From Anaerolineae bacterium (lineage in GTDB: Bacteria > Chloroflexota > Anaerolineae > CG2-30-64-16): a DNA stretch of 64,000 nucleotides. The number at the start of each line of letters is the position of its first letter. The first letter of the stretch is position 1. The position numbers and the translations under genes are program-made. The notes under the pieces are model-generated. The model saw nothing but the letters and a program-made list of their open reading frames with translations, was not told the origin of the DNA and searched no databases. Of this stretch, positions 1-10,901 are shown piece by piece. The DNA lies in contig JAXGYZ010000003.1 in NCBI GenBank assembly GCA_040772005.1, positions 130,131-194,130 on the forward strand, in the 5' to 3' direction.

Positions 1-23
1 ACAAAGGCCAGGAAGGTCTCCAT
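1..23 (-). CDS. 5' end of an MrpC-like antiporter subunit gene running off the window (partial)
   Basis: ATG at 21-23 on the minus strand (reverse complement reads M E T F L A F), directly downstream of the mrpB-like gene in operon order. Only 7 codons are visible. Confidence 0.3.
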
Positions 24-24
24 G

Positions 25-432
25 TTACGCCTCCGCCAGACCGAAGATGATGGTCAGCGTCACACCGATGACGACCAGGTAGACGCCGATGTCGAACAAC
101 AGCGGCGTGCCCACTTTGCCCAGCAGGGGCACTGCGTACTCGCTCCACAGGCCGGTCATGAACGGCTGTCCCGCGATCAAGCTGATCACTCCGCTGGTCA
201 GGGCCACCAGCAGCCCCAGACCGATGAGGCTGCGGGAATCGATCCCGAGCGTACGGCGCGCCGTGGCCACATCGTACGCGATGGCGTACAGCGCAAAGGC
301 GGCCGCGGCCACCAGGCCGCCCACAAACCCGCCTCCCGGCTCATTGTGCCCGCGCAGCAGCAGGAAAATGGAGAACAGCAGCAGCAGCGGCAGCATGTAG
401 CGCGTCGCAGTGGAGAGAATCAAAGACGTCAT
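25..432 (-). CDS. Mrp-type Na+/H+ antiporter subunit B (MnhB-like), second mrp cluster
   Basis: 135-aa multi-TM ORF (GGFVGGLV..., [13 protein letters not shown]) following the MrpA-like gene with a 13-nt gap. Operon order is A-B-C. Confidence 0.65.
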   Translation of the reverse strand: MTSLILSTATRYMLPLLLLFSIFLLLRGHNEPGGGFVGGLVAAAAFALYAIAYDVATARRTLGIDSRSLIGLGLLVALTSGVISLIAGQPFMTGLWSEYAVPLLGKVGTPLLFDIGVYLVVIGVTLTIIFGLAEA

Positions 433-445
433 ATGCTTGTCCCGT

Positions 446-2770
446 TCACTTGTCCGAACGCAGCTTCAACAGGGCAAATACCCCGATTGCGGCGACGGAC
501 AAGACCGTGATCTCGCCCAGGGTGTCCAGGCCCCGGAAGTCCACCAGGATCACATTATCGATGTTGCGGCCGCGCGCGAGCGGCACCGCATTCTCGGCAA
601 AGAAGGGCGACAGCCGTGATTCCATCGGCATGGCCGTCGTCACCAGCACCAGGACGGTCATCAGGGCGCCGGCGGACAGGGCCACCACCGCATCGCGCAC
701 CCGCGCCGGCCGCGCGGTCAAGCGCGCGAACCGGGGCAGGCGGTAGAGCACCAGCACGAACAGGAACACGGTCAGCGTCTCGATGGCAAACTGCGTCATC
801 GCAAGGTCCGGCGCACCGAACAGGGTATAGATGAGCGCCACACCGTAGCCGACGACGCCGAGCGCCGCCACCGAGGTCAGCCGGGAGGACGATGAGATGG
901 CCACCACCGTGGCCGCCAGGATGAGCAGGCCGACCAGCACCTCATAGAAGCGCACGTCGATGTTGGCTTCGGGCGACCAGATGACGCCGCCGCGGGTGAC
1001 CAGGGCGAAGGCAGACAAACCCACGGTCGTCAGGATGGTGATAATCAGGTAATAGCGCAGATAGCCGCTCTGCAGGATGCGCGTCTGCGCGCCGGCCACG
1101 CGGTTCAGGCCGCGCAATGCCAGGTCGTATCCGCGCTGCGGCCCCCAGCGGCCCGCATGGCGCAGCAGCGAGATGACCCAGGGCGCGAAACGCGTGAGCG
1201 CACGGTACACGGCCTCTCGTCCCACGTAGATGGCCGCGCCCACCACGACGGTGAGGATGCTCAGCGCGAGGATGGGGCTGACGCCATGCCAGAGGGCCAG
1301 CTCGATCTCCGTCGGCTGCGCGCGCACCGCGCTCGCCGCTGCGGATACCAGCGTGCTGGGGAGGGCCTCCGGCAGCAGGCCGTTCAGCAGGCCCAGCCCG
1401 GCCAGGACGACCGGCCCCAGCCATAGGGCGAGCGGCGCTTCGTGGGGTTTCTTGGGAGGGTCCCCGCGTCGTCCGAAGAAGGGGCGCAGGCTGACCATCC
1501 CGGCCACGGCGACCAGCGCCATGTTGGCTGCCACGCCCGCCACGGTGACCAGCACCGCCGCGCGCGGAGCTTGCAGCTTGGCCTCGTAGAACAGTTCCTT
1601 GTTGATGAATCCGAGCATGGGCGGCAGACCGGCCATGGAGAGCGCGGCCAACACGGCCGCGGCCGCGGTGATGGGCATGGCCCTTGCGAGCCCGCCCAGC
1701 CGCCGGATGTCCCGGGTGCCTGTCTCGTGGTCGAGGATGCCTGCCACCAGGAACAGCGCACCTTTGTACAGCGCGTGCACCAGCAGGAAGAGCATGGCCG
1801 CCTTCACCGAGAGGGTCGTGTCCAGCCCGAGGAGCAGCACGAGCATGCCCAACGTGCTGACGGTCGAGTAGGCGAGGATGCGCTTGAGGTCCGTCTGGAC
1901 GAGCGCCAGGAGCGCGCCCAGGAGCATCGTCGCCAGCCCCGCGCCGGTGACGAGGTAGTGCCACTCATCGGTGCCGCCGAGCAGCGGGCTCAGGCGCGCC
2001 AGCAGGTAGACGCCGGCCTTGACCATGGTGGCCGAGTGGAGGTAGGCGCTCACGGGCGTGGGCGCTTCCATGGCGTTTGGGAGCCAGAAGTGGAAGGGCG
2101 CCTGGGCCGACTTCGTGAACGCGCCGAGAAGGATCAGCAGCAGGGCGGGCACGTAAAGGGCATGTTCGCGGACTGCGTTGCCGTTGCTGAGGAGCGCCGC
2201 CAGTTCCAGGCTGCCGCCAATCTGCCCCAGGAGGAGCAGCCCGGCCATCAAGGCGAGCCCGCCCCCGCCTGTGACCAGGAGTGCCTGCAACGCGGCCGCG
2301 CGGGCCCCCGGCCGGTCATGGTCCAGGCCGATGAGCAGGAAGGATGTCAGGCTGGTCAGCTCCCAGAAGACGAAGATCGTGAGCAGGTTGCCGGCCAGGA
2401 CGACGCCGAGCATGGAGGCCATGAACATCAGCACCAGCGTGTAGAAGCGGGTAAGCTGCGGTTGGCCGGCCAGGTAGCTGCCGGCATAGATGATGACGAG
2501 CGCGCCGATGCCGGTGATCATGAGCGCGAACAGCAGGCTCAAGCCGTCGATATAGAATGACAGGTTGATGCCCAGCCCCGTGGCCCAGGGCCGGGAGATG
2601 GTGATGGCCTCCCCGTCGGCGACGGACCCGAGCAGGCTGGCAAAGTAGACCGCCAGCCCGGCGGGCAGCAGCGCGAGCAGCCAGCCGGTGGCCCCGCGCG
2701 CGACCCGGTGCAGCCACGGCGCGATGACGGCCAGCACAAAGCCCGCTAAGACTGCGAAGATGATAACCAT
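446..2770 (-). CDS. Mrp antiporter large subunit (MrpA/MnhA-like, NuoL/ND5 family), second copy
   Basis: 774-aa polytopic protein with proton-pumping antiporter motifs ([38 protein letters not shown]). Paralogous to the 985-aa MrpA upstream. Confidence 0.85.
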   Translation of the reverse strand: MVIIFAVLAGFVLAVIAPWLHRVARGATGWLLALLPAGLAVYFASLLGSVADGEAITISRPWATGLGINLSFYIDGLSLLFALMITGIGALVIIYAGSYLAGQPQLTRFYTLVLMFMASMLGVVLAGNLLTIFVFWELTSLTSFLLIGLDHDRPGARAAALQALLVTGGGGLALMAGLLLLGQIGGSLELAALLSNGNAVREHALYVPALLLILLGAFTKSAQAPFHFWLPNAMEAPTPVSAYLHSATMVKAGVYLLARLSPLLGGTDEWHYLVTGAGLATMLLGALLALVQTDLKRILAYSTVSTLGMLVLLLGLDTTLSVKAAMLFLLVHALYKGALFLVAGILDHETGTRDIRRLGGLARAMPITAAAAVLAALSMAGLPPMLGFINKELFYEAKLQAPRAAVLVTVAGVAANMALVAVAGMVSLRPFFGRRGDPPKKPHEAPLALWLGPVVLAGLGLLNGLLPEALPSTLVSAAASAVRAQPTEIELALWHGVSPILALSILTVVVGAAIYVGREAVYRALTRFAPWVISLLRHAGRWGPQRGYDLALRGLNRVAGAQTRILQSGYLRYYLIITILTTVGLSAFALVTRGGVIWSPEANIDVRFYEVLVGLLILAATVVAISSSSRLTSVAALGVVGYGVALIYTLFGAPDLAMTQFAIETLTVFLFVLVLYRLPRFARLTARPARVRDAVVALSAGALMTVLVLVTTAMPMESRLSPFFAENAVPLARGRNIDNVILVDFRGLDTLGEITVLSVAAIGVFALLKLRSDK

Positions 2771-2793
2771 GGCCCTCTCACGGTTTCCAGACC

Positions 2794-3150
2794 CTATCGT
2801 TGCGCCGCGTTGTCCCGGCGCGGCGCTTGCTCGATGGCCGCCAGGTCATCGCGAATGGCGTGTTTCATCGGGATGCCGATGCGGTGGGCGGCCGAGCCGA
2901 TGGCGTGGGAGGTGACCGGCCCGCCGATGACCAGGAGCACGATGAGCACCAACCCCTTGCCGAACTCCAGCGGTGTCAGCGCGACCGTGGCGAGCAGGAG
3001 CAGCGCGACTCCGAACACGCTCACCTTGCCGGTCGCGTGCAGCCGCGTGTAGACATCCGGCAGGCGGACGAAGCCTACCACGCCGACGATGGAGAATGCG
3101 GTGCCGATGATTACAGCGATGATGGCGATGAGTTGGAAGAGTGTGTCCAT
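2794..3150 (-). CDS. mrpG: Mrp antiporter subunit G (MnhG)
   Basis: ORF 2794..3387 trimmed to the internal ATG at 3148-3150 ([16 protein letters not shown]...RLHATGK), a typical ~118-aa MnhG. The long N-terminal extension overlaps mrpF and is discarded. Confidence 0.75.
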   Translation of the reverse strand: MDTLFQLIAIIAVIIGTAFSIVGVVGFVRLPDVYTRLHATGKVSVFGVALLLLATVALTPLEFGKGLVLIVLLVIGGPVTSHAIGSAAHRIGIPMKHAIRDDLAAIEQAPRRDNAAQR

Positions 3151-3176
3151 TGCGTCCAGCCCGGTACGGGTTCCAT

Positions 3177-3452
3177 CTAAAACATCTGCTGGTCCGAGAT
3201 GTATTTCGCCAGCGCGATCGTGCCGACGAAGCCCAGGGCGGCCAGGCCCAGCGCCACATCGATATAGGTTGAGTTGACCAGGATCAGCGCGATCAGCACC
3301 AGCACGGCCAGTATCAGCGTGCCCACCAGGTCGCTGCCGATCAGGCGGTCGATGACGTTCTCCCCGCGCCACACGCGCCAGACGCACACCGCAATCAGGG
3401 CGACGTGGATTGCCAGGGCGATATCAAGGACGCTGGAAAGGATTTGGCTCAT
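3177..3452 (-). CDS. mrpF: Mrp antiporter subunit F (MnhF)
   Basis: 91-aa three-TM protein in the expected position between mrpE and mrpG. Confidence 0.75.
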   Translation of the reverse strand: MSQILSSVLDIALAIHVALIAVCVWRVWRGENVIDRLIGSDLVGTLILAVLVLIALILVNSTYIDVALGLAALGFVGTIALAKYISDQQMF

Positions 3453-3486
3453 CTTCTTTCGTTCCAGGCAGCGCAGGCCGGGTAGG

Positions 3487-3966
3487 TCAGGCGAAAATCT
3501 TGCTCAACAGGTCGCGGCGCATGGCCTGCGCCTCGGTCGCGTATTGGGCCGCATGCGTGGCATCCAGGCAGTGCGTGTACAGGACGCCCTTATCGTCGAT
3601 GCCGATCACCAGCTCACCCGGCGTAATCGAGAGCGCATGGGCGCTGAGTGCGGTCGCCAGCTCGCTCGTGCAGCCCGAGTGAATGGCTACGATGCCCGGC
3701 TGGATCGGCAGCTTGGGGTCGAGCACGATGCGCGCCACCCCGATGCCGCTCCTGACCACATCGGCGGCCAGGATCGCGACATAGCGGATGGTCGCCCAGA
3801 GCGCAGCCGGCAGCCTGCGCACGTCGATGCGGCCCGGCCGGGGCCGCAACAGCAGCGCGGCAACCGCGGCTACCAGGATGCCCAGCACGATGTTGCTGAG
3901 TTGCAGGTTGCCGGTCAACGCCAGGTAAATGACCAGCAGGATGAGAATGGTGCGGACATAGTGCAT
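3487..3966 (-). CDS. mrpE: Mrp antiporter subunit E (MnhE)
   Basis: ORF 3487..4086 trimmed to ATG 3964-3966 (MHYVRTILILLV...), 11 nt downstream of the mrpD stop. Operon position supports the call. Confidence 0.7.
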   Translation of the reverse strand: MHYVRTILILLVIYLALTGNLQLSNIVLGILVAAVAALLLRPRPGRIDVRRLPAALWATIRYVAILAADVVRSGIGVARIVLDPKLPIQPGIVAIHSGCTSELATALSAHALSITPGELVIGIDDKGVLYTHCLDATHAAQYATEAQAMRRDLLSKIFA

Positions 3967-3977
3967 AGTCGTCTGCC

Positions 3978-5477
3978 CTAACGCCCCAGCACGGCCGTGA
4001 TATAGAGGGTCGGATCGCCCAGCCACGCCGCCGTGGCGTTGGCCAGGCGCAGGAGCGGCTCGGCCCACAGCCCCAGCAGCAGGCACAGGCCAATCAGCAG
4101 GGTCGGGGCCAGCAGGTTGTCACCGCCCGACTTGGCCTTGACCCCCTCTGCAGGCGGCGTCCACCAGATGAGCTGGAAGGCCCGCACCACATAGACCAGC
4201 GTCAGGATGCCGGCCACGCCGATGATCGCCAGGGCCGGATACTCGCCGGCCAGCACGCCGCTGCGGAACAGGGCCAGCTTGCCGACAAAGCCGTTGGTGG
4301 GCGGGATGCCGGCCAACGCCAGCCCGCCCAGCAGGAACAGCCCGCCCATGTAGGGCAGCGTCTTGCCTACGCCGGTGATGTTGGCAAACGCGGCGGACTT
4401 GATGGGCGCGCGGCTGGCAACTGCGCCGGCCAGCATCAGCAGGGCGGCCTTGATGAGGCTGTGATTGACCGTCAGCACGAGCGCCGCGGCCAGCGCAAAC
4501 GGCGTGCCCCAGCCGATGCCGGCCAGGATCAGGCCGATCTGCGCCAGGGTCGAGTAAGCCAGCATGCGCTTGGCGTTGTGCGTGCCCAGCGCGGTCAACC
4601 CGCCGAACAGGATGCCGGCGATGCCCAGGACGACCAGCAGCCCCTTCAGCGTGGCGGCCTGGGGCAGAAAGAGCAGCGTGGTCATGCGCAGGAAGCCGTA
4701 GACGCCCAGCTTCACCACCACGGACGAGAGCATCGCGCTGACCGGCGTCGGCGCGGCGGTGTGGAAGTCGGGCTGCCAGAAGTGCAGCGGCACGACGGCG
4801 CTCTTCGCCATGAAGAACACGAACATCAGCACCACGGCCATCGAGTGTAAGGGCGGCAGCGCGGCCCCCGCCTGAGCCTGCAGCAGGATGCGCTGGGCCA
4901 GGTCGGCCATGTTCAGCGTGCCGTAGGAGACGTACAGCGCGCCCACCGCACTGAGCAGGAAGATGGCCGCGAACAGGCTGATGAAGAAGTATTTGTACGC
5001 GGCCTCCGCGCCGTAGCGGTCGTCGGAGATGGCCGTCAGCACCGCGCCCGATACCACCAGCAGCTCGGCGAACACGAACAGGTTGAAGATGTCGCCGGTC
5101 AGGAACGTGCCCGTCAGGCCCGTGGTCAGGGTCAGGAAGAGCGGATAGAAGGCCGGGTAGGTGACGCACTTATCGCGACAGCCGAGCGCGTAGAGCATGC
5201 CCGTCACCATCACCCCCTGGGCCATCACGACCATGCTCGCACCCAACAGGTCGCCCACTAACCCGATGCCGAACGGCGCGACCCAGCCGCCCAACTGGAA
5301 CACGACCGGCCCGCGCACCCACACGGTCTGCAACAGCACGACGGCCGCGGCGAACGAGGTGAGCAGCGTGCCGAACGACCACGCGCGCTGGACGCGCGGC
5401 CAGCGCCAGGTCAGCAGCCCGACGGCTGCGCCGGTCAGCGGGATAAGGATCGGGAGCAGAACGAGGTGTCCGTTCAC
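3978..5477 (-). CDS. mrpD: Mrp antiporter subunit D (MnhD, NuoM/N-like)
   Basis: 499-aa polytopic protein with the MrpD/ND4 signature (PLHFWQPDFHTAAPTPVSAMLSSVVVKLGVYGFLR). Confidence 0.85.
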   Translation of the reverse strand: MNGHLVLLPILIPLTGAAVGLLTWRWPRVQRAWSFGTLLTSFAAAVVLLQTVWVRGPVVFQLGGWVAPFGIGLVGDLLGASMVVMAQGVMVTGMLYALGCRDKCVTYPAFYPLFLTLTTGLTGTFLTGDIFNLFVFAELLVVSGAVLTAISDDRYGAEAAYKYFFISLFAAIFLLSAVGALYVSYGTLNMADLAQRILLQAQAGAALPPLHSMAVVLMFVFFMAKSAVVPLHFWQPDFHTAAPTPVSAMLSSVVVKLGVYGFLRMTTLLFLPQAATLKGLLVVLGIAGILFGGLTALGTHNAKRMLAYSTLAQIGLILAGIGWGTPFALAAALVLTVNHSLIKAALLMLAGAVASRAPIKSAAFANITGVGKTLPYMGGLFLLGGLALAGIPPTNGFVGKLALFRSGVLAGEYPALAIIGVAGILTLVYVVRAFQLIWWTPPAEGVKAKSGGDNLLAPTLLIGLCLLLGLWAEPLLRLANATAAWLGDPTLYITAVLGR

Positions 5478-5540
5478 TGTGTCAGGGCCTCACCGATCCT
5501 GCGAGCCATGTCACACGCCAGGGGCTGCTTCGTTCGTCGC

Positions 5541-5873
5541 TCAATTCCTCAACTCCGAGATTTCATCAGAATCCGCGGTGTGATAGCGCGTCGAGAGCAC
5601 ATAGAGCAGCGCCAGCACCAGCGAGAATCCGGCCATGCTGATGACGATCGCAGTGAGCACCAGCGCCTGGGGCAGCGCGTCGCTGCGCTGGCCGGTCTCG
5701 TTGACGTAGGCCGCGACCAGGCCCTGGTACGCGCCGGTGGACAGCAGAAACAGATTCACCGCATTCGAGATGATGATCAGCCCGATGGTGGAGCGGACCA
5801 CGTTGCGGCGCAGCATCTGGAAGATGCCCACCCCGAACATCGCGCCGATGGCCAGTGCCTTGAGCAGATCCAT
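5541..5873 (-). CDS. mrpC: Mrp antiporter subunit C (MnhC, NuoK-like)
   Basis: 110-aa protein, MDLLKALAIGAMFGVGIFQMLRRNVVRSTIGLIIISNAVNLFLL, NuoK/MnhC-like. Confidence 0.85.
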   Translation of the reverse strand: MDLLKALAIGAMFGVGIFQMLRRNVVRSTIGLIIISNAVNLFLLSTGAYQGLVAAYVNETGQRSDALPQALVLTAIVISMAGFSLVLALLYVLSTRYHTADSDEISELRN

Positions 5874-5917
5874 AGTGCTTCCTGGTCTTCCTGTATCAAC
5901 AGAGCTGGATGGCCGGC

Positions 5918-8875
5918 CTACTGCTCTGCCGGCGCATCCTTCGGATGGCCCAACGCGCCCAGGGTCATGGACGCGCCGCCGAGCACCGTCAGGCAGATGG
6001 CCGCCTCGAAGATGAACGAGGTGCTGAGTGCGAAGCCCCTCGGCAGCGGCAGCCCGAGCATCTTACCATAGTCGAGGTTGGCAAAAAACGAGCCGGTCAG
6101 TACGGCGGCCAGGACGGCATCCAGGATGACGAGCAGCAGTCCCGCACCGATAAGAGTGAAGGGCCGCAACCACGGCAACTGCCGCCGTGTTTCTTCGTAG
6201 CCGAACACCACGTACCAGAACGCGATGGCCAGGCTGATGATGACGCCCGCGGTGAAGCCGTCGCCGGCCTGGTCATGGCCGTACATCATCTGCACCGAGC
6301 CCAGAATCAGCGTCACCGGCAGCAAGACATGCGCCAGGACCCGTACGAACGGTGAGGGCCGGAGCCCGCCGATGCCCATGATGCGATGATCGTGTGCTTC
6401 GTCGCCGAGGCCGTACTCGTGTTCCGGGCCGTGGGCGACGGGTTGGTCAGCGAGAATTGCGGCTGTGGGGGTTCCGGCGGCCGCGGCTGCCGGTCTGCCC
6501 TTCCCCCAATCCGCGCGGGCGGCATAGCGCAGCAGCGTATAGACGCCCAACCCTGCCAGCCCGAAGACGGCGATCTCGATGAGCGTGTCGAAGCCGCGGA
6601 AGTCGATCACGATGGCGCCCACGATGTCGGCCGCGCCGGTGAGGGGCTTGGCGTTGGCTTCGTAATACGGGGTGACGACGCTCACGCGCGGCCGGGAGGT
6701 CAACGCGACGAAGGTCAGGATCATCACGGCGAACCCGCCCGCGGCCGCAATGATGGCATCGCGCACCAGGCCGGCCCGGCTCTGCTTGAAGGTCAGCTCC
6801 CAGGCGCGACGGCGCTGTTCGCGCGGCAGGCTTGTGAGCGCCAGCACGAGGATCACCACGCTGAGGATGTCGACGACGACCTGGACGAGCGCCACGTCAG
6901 GCGCAGGCTCCAGGACCATGATGACGGCCACGCTCAACCCCGACGCGCCCAGCGCCAGGATGGCGTTGAAATCGCGGCGGAGGAAGATGCTGAGCGCGGC
7001 GGCGGCGGTCGCGAGGCCCAGGGTGAAGACGCGCAGGATCGTGAGCTCATCCAGGGTGAACGGCGGGATGGTCGTGGGCAGCGGCATGCGGCCGAACAGC
7101 AACATCAGCACGACGAGGCTGCCCAGCATCGTCGCGAGGTAGCGGCGGAGCTGGCCCGACTGGGTGCGCGTCGCGATGTAGGCGCCGCGGTCCAGCAGCC
7201 GGAGCGCGGCGGCATACCAGGCGTTGAAGCTGATCCGCTCAGGCACGCGCTGCTGCAGGGCACGCGCACGGGCGCGGAAGGTCCATAGTACCAGGCCCAG
7301 CGAGACGGCCACGATGCTCAGAATTAGCGGTGGGTTGATGCCGGTCCAGAGGGCCAGCGATACCTTGACGGTGTCGCCATAGGCGGCGGCCGCGGCGTTG
7401 GCGAAGAAGGTCGCCAGCCCCTTCGGCTCCGGCAGCAGGCCCAACGCCAGCGACAGCAGCGCCGGCACCGCGGGCATGGCGATCATCCAGCGGGGCGCTT
7501 CATGCGCGTGCACGTGGGGATCGCGCGGCCCGCCCATGAATGCCTCCCAGATCAACGTGCCGGCCTGGGCCAGGATCAGCGCGCCCGCGATCACGGCGGC
7601 AGCCGCCAGCAACGCCACGCCGGCCGGTGGGATGCTGGGGTGGGTCACGGAGGCCAGCAGCGTCTCCTTGGCCAGGAAGCCGAACATGGGCGGCAGGCCG
7701 GCCATCGAGAGGCCGGCGACGGCGCCCACGGCGAAGGTGAAGGGCATGACGCGGCGCAGGCCGCCCAGGCGGTCCAGGTCGCGCGTGCCGGCCTCGTGGT
7801 CCACGATGCCGGCGATGAGGAAGAGGGCCGACTTGTACAGCGCGTGCGCGACCACGCTGATGACCAGCGCCTTGAACGCGTTGGAGGTGTCGTCGCCGAT
7901 CAACATGACCAGGACGCCGAGCTGGCTGACGGTGGAGTAGGCCAGCAGGCTCTTCATGTCGCGCTTCTTGAGCCCGAGGTAGGCGCCGGTCAGCATCGTG
8001 AGCAGGCCGAAGCTGGTGAGGAGCCAGAACCAGGCCTCGGTGAGACCCAGTGCGGGGTTCATGCGCGCCAGCAGGTAGATGCCGGCCTTGACCATGGTCG
8101 CGGAGTGAAGATATGCGCTGGCGGGCGTGGGCGCGGTCATGGCATCGGGCAGCCAGATGTGCGCCGGAACCTGCGCGCTCTTGGTGAACGCGCCGAACGC
8201 GACCAGGCCGAGCATTATGCCATAGACCGGGCTGCTGCGCAGGACGTCACCGCTCCGGAGGATGGTGGCGTAGTCCATGCCGCCGGCGGTCGCGCCGACA
8301 AAGAGGAGCCCGGCCAGCAGTGCGATCCCGCCGCCGCCGGTGATGAACAGGGACTTGAACGCGCCCCGGCGTGCGGCCTCGTCCTTATATTTGTACGCAA
8401 TCAGCAGGAACGAGGCGAGGCTGGTGCCCTCCCAGAAGACGAACAGGGTGATGACATCGCCGGCCAGCAGCACGCCCAGCATCATGGTCATGAACAGGAA
8501 CAGGTAGGCCAGGAAACGCCACGCGCTGTTATCGCCCTTGAAATAGTAGCCCGTGTAGACCACGACCAGCGTGCCGATGCCCGAGACCAGCAGGAGGAAG
8601 AGCGCGCTCAGGTTGTCGAAGTAGAGGCTCGCGGCCATCCCGAGCGACGGCATCCAATCCACGGTGAGCGTCAGCGCGCGGCCGTCGGTCATGGCCGGCA
8701 GGCGGCTGAGGAAGAAGATGAAGGCGGCCAGCGGTAAGCTCGCCAGCAGCCAGGCAGTCCGGGTGATGCTCAGGCGGCGGTTGAGCGCAGGATGGCCGTA
8801 ACCCGCGGCCAGCAGTGCGCCGGCCAGGGTCAATATGAGGGGGAGGAAAAGCCACGGGTCGTGCATGTGCGCCAT
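5918..8875 (-). CDS. mrpA: Mrp antiporter subunit A (MnhA) with fused MrpB-like C-terminal domain
   Basis: ORF 5918..8902; likely start is the ATG at 8873-8875 (MAHMHDPW...). Carries NuoL-like motifs ([41 protein letters not shown]) and a long C-terminal extension typical of MrpA. Confidence 0.85.
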   Translation of the reverse strand: MAHMHDPWLFLPLILTLAGALLAAGYGHPALNRRLSITRTAWLLASLPLAAFIFFLSRLPAMTDGRALTLTVDWMPSLGMAASLYFDNLSALFLLLVSGIGTLVVVYTGYYFKGDNSAWRFLAYLFLFMTMMLGVLLAGDVITLFVFWEGTSLASFLLIAYKYKDEAARRGAFKSLFITGGGGIALLAGLLFVGATAGGMDYATILRSGDVLRSSPVYGIMLGLVAFGAFTKSAQVPAHIWLPDAMTAPTPASAYLHSATMVKAGIYLLARMNPALGLTEAWFWLLTSFGLLTMLTGAYLGLKKRDMKSLLAYSTVSQLGVLVMLIGDDTSNAFKALVISVVAHALYKSALFLIAGIVDHEAGTRDLDRLGGLRRVMPFTFAVGAVAGLSMAGLPPMFGFLAKETLLASVTHPSIPPAGVALLAAAAVIAGALILAQAGTLIWEAFMGGPRDPHVHAHEAPRWMIAMPAVPALLSLALGLLPEPKGLATFFANAAAAAYGDTVKVSLALWTGINPPLILSIVAVSLGLVLWTFRARARALQQRVPERISFNAWYAAALRLLDRGAYIATRTQSGQLRRYLATMLGSLVVLMLLFGRMPLPTTIPPFTLDELTILRVFTLGLATAAAALSIFLRRDFNAILALGASGLSVAVIMVLEPAPDVALVQVVVDILSVVILVLALTSLPREQRRRAWELTFKQSRAGLVRDAIIAAAGGFAVMILTFVALTSRPRVSVVTPYYEANAKPLTGAADIVGAIVIDFRGFDTLIEIAVFGLAGLGVYTLLRYAARADWGKGRPAAAAAGTPTAAILADQPVAHGPEHEYGLGDEAHDHRIMGIGGLRPSPFVRVLAHVLLPVTLILGSVQMMYGHDQAGDGFTAGVIISLAIAFWYVVFGYEETRRQLPWLRPFTLIGAGLLLVILDAVLAAVLTGSFFANLDYGKMLGLPLPRGFALSTSFIFEAAICLTVLGGASMTLGALGHPKDAPAEQ

Positions 8876-8984
8876 TCTACACGAAGAATCGATGGACGCC
8901 AAAGGAACACCCGCCCCAGGGTCAGCAGGAGATAGAGGGCAATCCCGAGGATGCCCTGGAGATAGCGTCTGGTGTTCTGGGGCA

Positions 8985-10451
8985 TCACTTCCTCGCTCTC
9001 AGGGCGGACCGGGCCGCGTGATAGCCGCACATGCCATGGACGCCGCCGCCGGGCGGGGTGGAGGCCGAACACAGGTAGATGCCGGCCGCAGGGGTGGCGT
9101 ATGGGTCGCGGCTGAGGACCGGCCGGGCGAAGAACTGCGGCAGGTCCTGCGCGCCGCCAATCACATCGCCGCCCACGTAGTTGGGGTTGTAGGCCTCGAA
9201 GTCCGCCGGCGCCATGACGTGCCGCGCGAGGATGCGCGCCTTGAAGCCGGGCGCGAACCGCTCCACCTGGGCCTCGATGCGTTCGACCATCTCATGTTGT
9301 GACACGGCGTCGTGCGCGCTGTGCAGGTTAGGGACATGGCAATAGGCCCAGGCCGTATGTTTGCCCGCCGGTGCGCGGGTCGGGTCGAAGAGGCTCGGCT
9401 GGGTCAAGATGAGGTAGGGCTGTTCGGGGTGCGAGCCGTGCCACGCCGCCCGTTCCGAGCGTGCCATCTCGGCCAGCGTGCCGCCGAGGTGCACGGTGCC
9501 GGCGGCCCGGCATTCGGCCGTACGCCAGGGGATCGGGCCATCCAGCGCCCAGTCGAGCTTGAATGCGGCCGGGCCGTGGCGATAGCGCGCCAGCTTGCGC
9601 CGGTACGCATAGGGCAGGCGCTCGCCCGCGATGCGGACCAGGTTGATAGGACTGACGTCGAAGAGGTAAGCGCTGGCCCGCGGCAGGTCCGCGAACGAGG
9701 CGACGGGCCGCGCCGTCTCGATCTGGCCGCCCAGGTCGCGCAGGTACGCGGCCAGGGCATCGGCAATGGCCTGCGAGCCGCCCTGCGCGATAGGCCAACC
9801 GACCGCGTGCCCGGCCATGCCCAGGACGAGGCCGTACGCGGCGCTGGCCGGCCGTTCGAGCGGCAGAATCGAGTGGGCGGCGATGCCGGCGAACAGGGCG
9901 CGGGCGCGTTCGCTGCGAAACCAGAGCCGCGCCAGGAGAGTGGCCGGCAGCAGGGCCTGGATTCCGAACCAGATAAAGGCCAAGGGGGAGCGGGGCAGCA
10001 GCGGCAGCGGTCCGAGTAAATCCTCCGTCACGGCAGACCAGCGCCGCACCAGCGGACCCATCAGCCGTCCGTAGGCCGCGGCATCGCGGCCCAGGCCCGC
10101 GGCTGTGGCGGCCACCGAGCGGTCCAGCACGACCGCGGTGCCATCGTCCAGCGGGTGCGCCAGGGGCAGGGGCGGCTCGATCCAGCGCAGCCCGTAGCGG
10201 TCCAGCGGCAGGTCCCGGAAGAAGGGCGACGAGAGGCCGAGCGGATGCACGGCGGAACAGACGTCGTGGCGGAAGCCGGGCAGAGTCATCCCGGTCGTGC
10301 GCGTGCCCCCGCCGACCGTGGGGGCGGCTTCGAGCACCCGCACCGCGCGGCCCGCGCGCGCCAGCGTGACGGCCGCGGCCAGTCCGTTCGGCCCTGCGCC
10401 GATGACGACGGCGTCGTAAACGACGGCGTCGTAGGCAGATGACGGAGGCAC
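8985..10451 (-). CDS. FAD/NAD(P)-binding oxidoreductase, phytoene desaturase (CrtI/CrtD) family
   Basis: N-terminal dinucleotide-binding motif [30 protein letters not shown]....GGG, 488 aa, with the overall architecture of CrtI-family amine-oxidase-like enzymes. Substrate cannot be assigned. Confidence 0.7.
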   Translation of the reverse strand: MPPSSAYDAVVYDAVVIGAGPNGLAAAVTLARAGRAVRVLEAAPTVGGGTRTTGMTLPGFRHDVCSAVHPLGLSSPFFRDLPLDRYGLRWIEPPLPLAHPLDDGTAVVLDRSVAATAAGLGRDAAAYGRLMGPLVRRWSAVTEDLLGPLPLLPRSPLAFIWFGIQALLPATLLARLWFRSERARALFAGIAAHSILPLERPASAAYGLVLGMAGHAVGWPIAQGGSQAIADALAAYLRDLGGQIETARPVASFADLPRASAYLFDVSPINLVRIAGERLPYAYRRKLARYRHGPAAFKLDWALDGPIPWRTAECRAAGTVHLGGTLAEMARSERAAWHGSHPEQPYLILTQPSLFDPTRAPAGKHTAWAYCHVPNLHSAHDAVSQHEMVERIEAQVERFAPGFKARILARHVMAPADFEAYNPNYVGGDVIGGAQDLPQFFARPVLSRDPYATPAAGIYLCSASTPPGGGVHGMCGYHAARSALRARK

Positions 10452-10728
10452 CTCAGATATCCTTCCTGACGCGGAGGCCGGGCAGCTTGCCTCTTACGCT
10501 CAATTCTACGATAGGGACACATGCATGTCCAGTGACACAGGGCGAAGTCATGTTGCAATCGGGCCTTCCACCTGGTAGTTGAAACTGCGGCTACCCCTAC
10601 GAAACCGGCCTACGCCGGTTAGTTCCAGTCTGCGTAGGCAGACTTCGCAAGGGTAGCCGCAACTTCAGTTGCCAGGCGGGTTCACCTGGCGCACTATGAA
10701 ACCGCCCTGCCAGTGACACGGGTGTGTT

Positions 10729-10901
10729 GGGCGCGTTTCATACTGGGGGCGAACGCGGCCAGCGCGCATACGCGAATGGCGCTGCGGCGCTGGGCACGGA
10801 TACACGAATATCCCGCCGCGGCGCACACGATTCGCGTATTCGTGGCGCGCCAGCGCATTCGTTTATCCGCGATGGCCGCGCCCCCAACGTGAAACGCACC
10901 C
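10729..10901. mobile_element. 173-bp MITE-like element, copy A, with ~12-bp terminal inverted repeats and a 9-bp target-site duplication GGGTGTGTT
   Basis: Near-identical (2-3 mismatches) to 36026..36198. Its ends are GGGCGCGTTTCAT...GTGAAACGCACCC, which form the TIRs. It is flanked by direct repeats GGGTGTGTT at 10720-10728 and 10902-10910, which differ from the flanks of copy B. Confidence 0.75.

Noticed and set aside
10561-10680. tRNA or other structured RNA gene in the palindromic region upstream of the desaturase-family gene
   Set aside because: There is no cloverleaf arrangement, no T-loop GTTC-type box and no acceptor-stem complementarity, so only a generic inverted-repeat structure is claimed.
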